59,137 nt of DNA from a virus (lineage: Duplodnaviria; Caudoviricetes), in the IMG/VR virus record IMGVR_UViG_3300030102_005755, positions 1-59,137 of that record; one strand, given 5' to 3'. The notes beneath the pieces were generated by a model, which worked only from the letters and a program-made list of their open reading frames with translations, was not told the origin of the DNA and did no database searches. Shown here piece after piece: positions 53,309 through 59,137 of the stretch. Made by a program: the position numbers and the translations under genes. Each line of letters starts with the position of its first letter. Position 1 is the first letter of the stretch.

Positions 53309-53703
53309 TACGTTTCGAAGATCAGGAAGTACTCAACTGTCAGTTCAGTAGAAACACTGGGTGTGATCTTGATGTCGTCAGTACCATTGAAGGGAGCAAA
53401 CAAGAAGTCGCCTCCGTACAATCTGCCAACAGACACGTTGCCAAATGCGACAGTAACAAATTCAGTAGCATTTGAAGAAACGACTCTAATGTAAACTTTG
53501 TGTGCCTTGTCATCACTGTAATCTGCAGCAGCAAACAAAGTATACTGAGAAGTAGCGGTGGTAGTCTTTCTGCCGACGCCCGTTGTTTGATCGAGCCCAG
53601 TAGAAACACCAGCCTTTCTCAGAGTTGAGGACTGGTTAAGTGACAAAACATCACCAGTGAGGTCTGAGCTCTGAAGCTGGAGTGTTGCGGTGGTTGTAGC
53701 CAT
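53308..53703 (-). CDS. Small beta-rich virion protein
   Basis: KVYIR...GRLYGGDFLFAP...VEY. Confidence 0.7.
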   Translation of the reverse strand: MATTTATLQLQSSDLTGDVLSLNQSSTLRKAGVSTGLDQTTGVGRKTTTATSQYTLFAAADYSDDKAHKVYIRVVSSNATEFVTVAFGNVSVGRLYGGDFLFAPFNGTDDIKITPSVSTELTVEYFLIFET

Positions 53704-53720
53704 AGTAATAGTTGTTTCCG

Positions 53721-53728
53721 CAAATATA
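53721..53728 (-). promoter_or_regulatory. -7 element TATATTTG upstream of the capsid operon
   Basis: TAnnTTTG consensus. Confidence 0.6.
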
Positions 53729-53732
53729 GGTA

Positions 53733-53942
53733 TTATTTGTTTTTCTTCTTCTTGCCCTTGCCAGCCCTGATCTTAGCTGCTTCTCTTTTACCAAACGCTG
53801 ACTTAACCCTTGCCATAGCCCATGCGTGCTGAGAAACCTTTGGCCTGTTGCCAGAGCTCATGTAAGCAGCGAGTCCTCTGCGATATACTTCTTTTTGTGC
53901 GGCAGACAAACCAGCCATACCACCCTTTTTCATAACCTTCAT
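53733..53942 (-). CDS. Small basic protein
   Basis: EVYRRGLAAY.SSG.RP..SQHAWAMARV. Confidence 0.75.
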   Translation of the reverse strand: MKVMKKGGMAGLSAAQKEVYRRGLAAYMSSGNRPKVSQHAWAMARVKSAFGKREAAKIRAGKGKKKKNK

Positions 53943-54208
53943 ATCTTGTCTCTTTGTGCCATGAGCTTCTTGAGTCTAGCGGCTACGGCAGGTGGGAATC
54001 CTTTCTTTGTTCTTTTTGCTTTAGTGCCTCTGTGTTTTTTATAGATATCAGATATCTGCTGCATAAGACGTTTTCTTTTGCCTACATCAGCGCTGCCGCG
54101 AGTGTACTTGGGATTAAACTTCATGCCTTTCTTGGCAGATTTAGGCTTCTTCCCTGCTTTTTTCATGGCGATAGCAATCGCCGCCTGCTGTGCTGGTGTC
54201 TTAGCCAT
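53939..54208 (-). CDS. Small basic protein
   Basis: QQAAIAIAMKKAGKKPK; very Lys-rich. Confidence 0.75.
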   Translation of the reverse strand: MAKTPAQQAAIAIAMKKAGKKPKSAKKGMKFNPKYTRGSADVGKRKRLMQQISDIYKKHRGTKAKRTKKGFPPAVAARLKKLMAQRDKI

Positions 54209-54392
54209 GGCTCACAGTTTTGAACTTGGCCTTAGGTACCGCACCAGCGTGAGGTTTATAGTCACCCTTCATAAGAAAGTATCTGCCCCTCTCCTCCATC
54301 CAGTGGTAACCAGATGGTGGCGGAACAGATACAGTCTTTTGGGAGATCTTAAGCTTGCCCCCCTTGTTGTACTTTACAGTCTTCATTACCAC
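54201..54392 (-). CDS. Small basic protein
   Basis: YNKGGK...PPSGYHWM...LMKGDYKPH.GA. Confidence 0.75.
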   Translation of the reverse strand: MVMKTVKYNKGGKLKISQKTVSVPPPSGYHWMEERGRYFLMKGDYKPHAGAVPKAKFKTVSHG

Positions 54393-54688
54393 TTTACTCT
54401 GTTAGCCCAATAAGCTGCGCTCATTTTGCCCTTGGCAATGTTACGTCTGTGACGCGCCTTGAAAGAGGCACGCTTCTTCTTCATCTTAGGTCCCTCACCA
54501 GCCTTTGGTTTACCAGCAGTTTTTGCTCCCTGCTGTCCAAAGCGTATGGTCTTCACCTTGTCCCCTTGCTTGGCGACAACGATGTGAGACTTCTTCGGGT
54601 GATTAGGAGTCCTTTTGGGTTTGTTAAACCCGCTGACTCCAGCTCTCTTAAGACGAGGATCTCTCTTTGACTTTACTACCCTGGGCAT
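54386..54688 (-). CDS. Small basic protein
   Basis: GVSGFNKPKRTP.HPKKSH.V.AK...IRFGQQG...FKARH...SAAYWA...KW. Confidence 0.8.
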   Translation of the reverse strand: MPRVVKSKRDPRLKRAGVSGFNKPKRTPNHPKKSHIVVAKQGDKVKTIRFGQQGAKTAGKPKAGEGPKMKKKRASFKARHRRNIAKGKMSAAYWANRVKW

Positions 54689-54692
54689 AAAG

Positions 54693-54700
54693 CAAAGATA
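54693..54700 (-). promoter_or_regulatory. -7 element TATCTTTG, 4 nt before ATG 54688
   Basis: TAnnTTTG consensus. Confidence 0.6.
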
Positions 54701-54718
54701 TGCAATAGAGAATTTACC

Positions 54719-55870
54719 TTACTGACTCTTCTCTTCTGAGTAAATAACAAACTGGGCGATCACGTCATCAACTCTATAAGTGTCGCCCATTACCTGAGTT
54801 CCAACGTGGAAGAAAGGAAGAATCATATCCCCCTTCAACACCTTCACATCCTCGGATCGTTGAACAGTCGTACCTGGAATAGTGTATGTAGTTGACACAG
54901 GGTGCGGAGTAGATGTACCAGGAAGTGCAGAAGCAACCTCTAAATCTTCATCCCAGTTGCCTACACCCCCAGGCGTGTATTTCTTAAGAACAAGCCTAAG
55001 TCGCCCCGAAGTTGAGACCGTGGCAGCATGTCTAACGCAGCTAAAAGAACCCCCAGCCACATACCCATCAAAGGGCATGATTATGCCAGTAGAGTTGGTG
55101 TAATTGCTCCCATCAATTACCTGTACACCATTTGAAACTCTTAGCTCGTGCTCATTAAAGGCTCCATTGGTTGTAAGTGAAAGAAGCTCGCCGTTGTAGC
55201 CACACTGGTAAACCATTTGAGTTCTCCGCGTGAGCTCCTCAAGGGTCTTGTCTCGGACCTTGAGAGCTCCAAGGTGCATCTCATTGGTGGTAAGTTCACC
55301 TGCGGGGTTAGGCTGAAGTATTTGCGTAACGCCGAGGTTCGGTTGCTGTTGGCCTTTGTCTCGAACCCTGAAAATAAGATCACTTTCACAAAGGGTATCA
55401 TCTGAATCTATGATCTTAGCTGTGACATCAGCATAAGGGATTCCCTGACCAGATTCGTTATCCCCCTGAAAGTTTATCCTGGCAAGCTCGTCGCTGTCAA
55501 CTCCACCTGGTGTATCAGGGTCCCTTACCAAATTTAGTATAGGGCCAGCTGTTGCTTCGTCGTTGTGACTCTCTATCCTAAATTCAGAAACGTCTTCGCA
55601 AGAGATTGTTTTGATGCTTGCTTGGCAAAAAAGCTGAGTTTCTGTTGTAAAAAAACCAGATAAAACGCAGGAGTTTTGGTTCCCCAAATAAACAAGCGCC
55701 TGGGTGGCCTGAAGAAGGTAATTATCATCAGCGCCTTGTATGTTAAAATACTTGGCCGCACCGCCTATCTTAAGATTCCTGCTTTCAAGTGAAGGTATTG
55801 TCAAGTCGGTGTTACCTATGTTCGGGACTTCGTCCTCAAAGACAATCTTCTTCCATGCTAATGTTGACAT
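54719..55870 (-). CDS. Tail fibre/spike-like protein
   Basis: N-terminal AWKKIVF; beta-rich; DSDELARINFQG repeat type shared with 57515..58240. Confidence 0.65.
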   Translation of the reverse strand: MSTLAWKKIVFEDEVPNIGNTDLTIPSLESRNLKIGGAAKYFNIQGADDNYLLQATQALVYLGNQNSCVLSGFFTTETQLFCQASIKTISCEDVSEFRIESHNDEATAGPILNLVRDPDTPGGVDSDELARINFQGDNESGQGIPYADVTAKIIDSDDTLCESDLIFRVRDKGQQQPNLGVTQILQPNPAGELTTNEMHLGALKVRDKTLEELTRRTQMVYQCGYNGELLSLTTNGAFNEHELRVSNGVQVIDGSNYTNSTGIIMPFDGYVAGGSFSCVRHAATVSTSGRLRLVLKKYTPGGVGNWDEDLEVASALPGTSTPHPVSTTYTIPGTTVQRSEDVKVLKGDMILPFFHVGTQVMGDTYRVDDVIAQFVIYSEEKSQ

Positions 55871-55880
55871 GGTTTAAGAA

Positions 55881-56039
55881 TTACGCTTGTTGCTTCTTTT
55901 CTTCCAGCTTAAACAAACGCTCAAACTCTTTGCTAAGCTTGTCCATAATTTCTGATACCGCTTTTGCGTCAGACACCTTAACAGTACATCCTTCCAAAGC
56001 ATTCTTCACGAACGCCACTTCATTGATATCAAGTTTCAT
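55881..56039 (-). CDS. 52-aa helical protein (fibre chaperone-like)
   Basis: MKLDINEVAFVKNALEGCTVKVSDAKAVSEIMDKLSKEFERL...; below the ORF-track cutoff. Confidence 0.65.
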   Translation of the reverse strand: MKLDINEVAFVKNALEGCTVKVSDAKAVSEIMDKLSKEFERLFKLEEKKQQA

Positions 56040-56057
56040 TGAATTGAGATTAAGAAT

Positions 56058-56237
56058 TTATTTTGAATTTAATTGGTTGCTGAGCTTATTTACGATGCTC
56101 GACAACAAATGTACGTCTTTACCTCTAAAACTAGACTCACTAAGGGCCCACAAAAGGTGCTCAAGCTCTTCTTTTGTGAGCGTGTCGGTGGATGGTGGGG
56201 GGGTTGCTTGAGATTTACCCCCCCTCAAAAGACTCAT
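56058..56237 (-). CDS. 59-aa helical protein (fibre chaperone-like)
   Basis: ...LTKEELEHLLWALSESSFRGKDVHLLSSIVNKLSNQL; TAATG coupling to the upstream gene. Confidence 0.65.
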   Translation of the reverse strand: MSLLRGGKSQATPPPSTDTLTKEELEHLLWALSESSFRGKDVHLLSSIVNKLSNQLNSK

Positions 56238-57505
56238 TATCCGCCAACTTGAATGAAGAGACCACCACTAGTATCGTCGGTGCTAAACAGCATAGCGCCA
56301 ATTCCGATATCCACGGCGCCTTGCTGTCCAGTATCCGCCAGAGAGGATTCTGTTGCTGCAAAGGCTCTTATCGCCATAACACCTACACCGTAAGCAGTAG
56401 CGGCGGAGGTGGCGGTGTTGTCTGTCGCCTGAGCAATTCTCCAGCCCAGAACAGAGGAGCTGTCGTCGTGGCCCTTGTAGACAAAACGAGCCAAGTTAGC
56501 ATCATTGGCGGTGCCGTTGTCTACGGCAATACCGACACCGTTGGGGCCAGCGCTAGTGGCGGCACCATCATTGGCAGACCCACCAGCGACCTTGATCAAG
56601 ACGTCATCAAACTCTGAGTTAACAACCTCTATAGAGGTCTGAGTCACATCACCAATCACATCGAGATCACCAGTAATCGTCAACTTAGATCCATTCCACT
56701 GCAACTTGTTATCAGCAATAGGGGTTCTGAACTGTCCATTGGTGGTACCATTAGGAGCAAGGAGAAGCGAAGAAGCTCCACCTGCAGCTGAAACAGAAAT
56801 CTTCTGCAAATTAGAGCCTGATGCAATACCAGCAAGGTCACCAATAAAGCCGCTTGATGAAGAAACACCTGCCGAACCTCCGTCGGATGCACCCGTTCCT
56901 GTTTTGTGCGCGAAGGATGCGTTAGCATCGTAAGTAAAGTGTGTCGTGCCCCCTGTGACATCGCCAAACAGCTGCTGCGAGTTTCCAGTATCGTTTCCAA
57001 AAATAACAGGGAGGGCATCGGTCTGAGCATCAGTCTCTCCAGTACCACCTGCCTTGATGACGACATTTGTGGCCGAGGGGGCGTCACCGAACTCCAGCTT
57101 ACCATTTACGCTTGTATTTACCTTAAGGACCTGACCCTGGTCTCCGATGGGAAGAATTCCAGGCTCGCCAGTGTCGAGGCCTCTGATGATACCACCAGCA
57201 CCCAAGTCCTGCAGCTTGGCCATCGTGACCGCGTTATCATCGATGACGGATGTGACGACGGGTTGGCCAATAAAGGAGGTGGTGCCTGAGGCGTTTATGG
57301 TGATAACACCATCAACATCGTGAGCGGAAGCGGCGGCTTGGCCCTGGCCAATCAAAAGCTGACCTGAGGTTCCTGCTATTGAGTTGATTGAATCCCCGTC
57401 GTTGACGACGAAACCTTTCTGAGTTGAAGTGCTATTCGTACCACCATTCGCCAGAGGTATCGTATCCGCGCTGGTAAATACTCTTTTCCATGCTACTGTA
57501 GCCAT
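56237..57505 (-). CDS. Tail fibre-like protein
   Basis: N-terminal AWKRVF, LANGGT, DNAVTMAKL, GQVLKV, LTITGDLDV.G fibre motifs. Confidence 0.75.
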   Translation of the reverse strand: MATVAWKRVFTSADTIPLANGGTNSTSTQKGFVVNDGDSINSIAGTSGQLLIGQGQAAASAHDVDGVITINASGTTSFIGQPVVTSVIDDNAVTMAKLQDLGAGGIIRGLDTGEPGILPIGDQGQVLKVNTSVNGKLEFGDAPSATNVVIKAGGTGETDAQTDALPVIFGNDTGNSQQLFGDVTGGTTHFTYDANASFAHKTGTGASDGGSAGVSSSSGFIGDLAGIASGSNLQKISVSAAGGASSLLLAPNGTTNGQFRTPIADNKLQWNGSKLTITGDLDVIGDVTQTSIEVVNSEFDDVLIKVAGGSANDGAATSAGPNGVGIAVDNGTANDANLARFVYKGHDDSSSVLGWRIAQATDNTATSAATAYGVGVMAIRAFAATESSLADTGQQGAVDIGIGAMLFSTDDTSGGLFIQVGG

Positions 57506-57514
57506 AGTGTTGTT

Positions 57515-58240
57515 TTATTCGTTTATACCTAAAAATAAAGACTTTTGTGTTTCGTCATAATACACCCCGCCAGAAACAGCGGTAGGTGTTGTTGGGTTGT
57601 CTGCAAATATAGCAACTTTCTCGTTGTTAATTGAGAAGGCTAGATTTTGTGAATCGTCGGTAGAAGTAAAGAACTGTATCGAGGTAGGAACATGAGAAGC
57701 CCCCGCCTCTCCAGACTGAGTAAATAAGATCTTACCTCCCGTAGCCAGGGAGTTTCCACTACCCACTCCCTTGAACTCTATCACCCCAAGCTCTTCGGCA
57801 TCAGGAGTAGCAGAGGGGCTGCTGTTGCTAAACAACAAAGTAGGAGTAGTAGATGTAAGGGTGGTAGAAGAAAAGATAGGATCACCCGTCCAGTCAGAGA
57901 GGTAGTCATCATCCGAAGTCTTGGCCAAGACATTGTTTGTCAGGCCTCCAGTAGGTATGCCGTTGGTGGCGGCAAAACCTGTCCAGTTCCCATCTGCACT
58001 CCACTCTTCATCGCTTGTGGTGTCTTTCGTATACACAAACGGTGTAGAACCAACCACAGCCAAGTAGCCCTTGGTTCGATACCTGGTCGTTATAGCTGCC
58101 CTGCTTGCTACGTTTTCAAAAACACCGATACCCTTGACGGGACTCTTGCCCGTCTGGTTAAACTGAGTCTGAGTGTCAGTAAGGTCAAGTACAGGGAAGT
58201 TTTGATTTGAGTGTCTTACTTGTCCAGAAAACTCAGGCAT
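57515..58240 (-). CDS. Virion fibre-associated protein
   Basis: PTGG...VLAKTS..DY...W; ELGVIEFKG; PTAVSGGVYY. Confidence 0.7.
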   Translation of the reverse strand: MPEFSGQVRHSNQNFPVLDLTDTQTQFNQTGKSPVKGIGVFENVASRAAITTRYRTKGYLAVVGSTPFVYTKDTTSDEEWSADGNWTGFAATNGIPTGGLTNNVLAKTSDDDYLSDWTGDPIFSSTTLTSTTPTLLFSNSSPSATPDAEELGVIEFKGVGSGNSLATGGKILFTQSGEAGASHVPTSIQFFTSTDDSQNLAFSINNEKVAIFADNPTTPTAVSGGVYYDETQKSLFLGINE

Positions 58241-58241
58241 G

Positions 58242-59137
58242 TCAGTTCAGCGTTATTGTTAGCGTATTTCCATCGTTGAATGCACCAGGGTCATTCGTCT
58301 TGTAAATATAATAAGCAACAGATATACCAGTTGTCACGGTAACAGTGAAGGTGGAGCTTCCAACAAGTGAGAAATCAGCTGTAACATCTGTCGAATTGTT
58401 CTGTACGACAGACTTCAGAGTACCAAAGGGCTCAGGTATTAAGATGAACGTAAAGTTCGATTCCCCCTCATTGGCAGAGGAGCAAGACAGATCAAAAGAA
58501 GATGCGCCAGGGTCGCTTATCAAAGAAGACCCCACTATGCTTGCATAGATTGTAGTGGCTTCTGAGTTAGTTGAAGGCACAAGGCTAGAAGCAGCAACCC
58601 CAACTTTGTATCTGAAGTTTATGGATGCAGTGCCACTCGATACGGTGGATGTAATCCCGTTAGGGTTTCCGTTTTCTGTGGCTGACACACCATAGGTGAT
58701 TGTAGCAGGGGTATTACTTTGATGAGAAGTAGATTGAGGGAATAGCACAGGCGATGTGTTAGACTCACTTAATCCACTTACAAACGGAGCAGAGTTTTGA
58801 TTCAACACCACTGAGTTAGAAACCACACTAGAAGGAGTATCTATCGCATACTGGTAGTTGTTCATGACTATGCTTGAGCCTACCTCATAGTTTTTTGACT
58901 GACCCCCCTGGTGTTGTATTCCATTGCCGCCTACCTGATAAACGACAGAGAAAGAATTAAACTTAGGCAGCTTGTACGGATCTAGAATATTCTTAAGTAT
59001 CGTAGTAATACTTGTCCCCGTTTCAAAGACCCCGCCGACAAGGCTAGAGAAGCCGCCGTCGGTATTGGTGACAGTGATGGCCTCATCAATCAAATCATCC
59101 CCACCAGGTCCCCCAGTATTTTGGTCTTGGAATTGGA
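58242..59137 (-). CDS. Ser/Thr-rich virion protein (5' end off window)
   Basis: Frame stays open to the window end (QFQDQNTGGPGGDDLIDEA...); Ig-like beta composition. Confidence 0.7.
   Translation of the reverse strand, partial: QFQDQNTGGPGGDDLIDEAITVTNTDGGFSSLVGGVFETGTSITTILKNILDPYKLPKFNSFSVVYQVGGNGIQHQGGQSKNYEVGSSIVMNNYQYAIDTPSSVVSNSVVLNQNSAPFVSGLSESNTSPVLFPQSTSHQSNTPATITYGVSATENGNPNGITSTVSSGTASINFRYKVGVAASSLVPSTNSEATTIYASIVGSSLISDPGASSFDLSCSSANEGESNFTFILIPEPFGTLKSVVQNNSTDVTADFSLVGSSTFTVTVTTGISVAYYIYKTNDPGAFNDGNTLTITLN

Noticed and set aside
28742-59137. Stop-codon reassignment as in some crAss-like phages
   Set aside because: Late genes are long and tightly packed under the standard code; TAG, TGA and TAA all act as stops; no suppressor tRNA.

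Overview
This window is most of the genome of a tailed dsDNA bacteriophage, probably podovirus-like and infecting Bacteroidota (most likely aquatic Flavobacteriales). Host evidence: TAnnTTTG -7 promoter elements, a T9SS C-terminal sorting domain protein and a BT4734/VirE-N type primase-helicase. It has two transcription blocks. The plus-strand early/middle block (11.6-24.4 kb) holds small host-takeover ORFs, then a Sak/Rad52-like annealase, RecE-like exonuclease, SSB-like protein, primase-helicase and T7 endonuclease I-like resolvase. The minus-strand late block holds portal, terminase, two tRNAs, M15 endolysin, internal virion proteins, tail, major capsid and fibre proteins. No DNA or RNA polymerase was recognised. 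The most striking unexplained structure is in the early region: five genes carry a conserved CAAACTTCAA leader 21-22 nt before the ATG, and each leader directly follows a structured element. These are a complete type I hammerhead ribozyme (12584-12636), a tRNA-like RNA with a hugely extended anticodon arm (14522-14651) and long imperfect hairpins, which suggests an early-mRNA processing system. Other highlights are a tRNA-Ile with the unusual UAU anticodon paired with tRNA-Arg(UCU), matching an early-to-late codon shift, and a secreted/envelope module (T9SS cargo, beta-barrel-like protein, CxxC-less thioredoxin fold, free-standing RNR-tail-like peptide). All family calls come from motif recognition by eye, not database searches.
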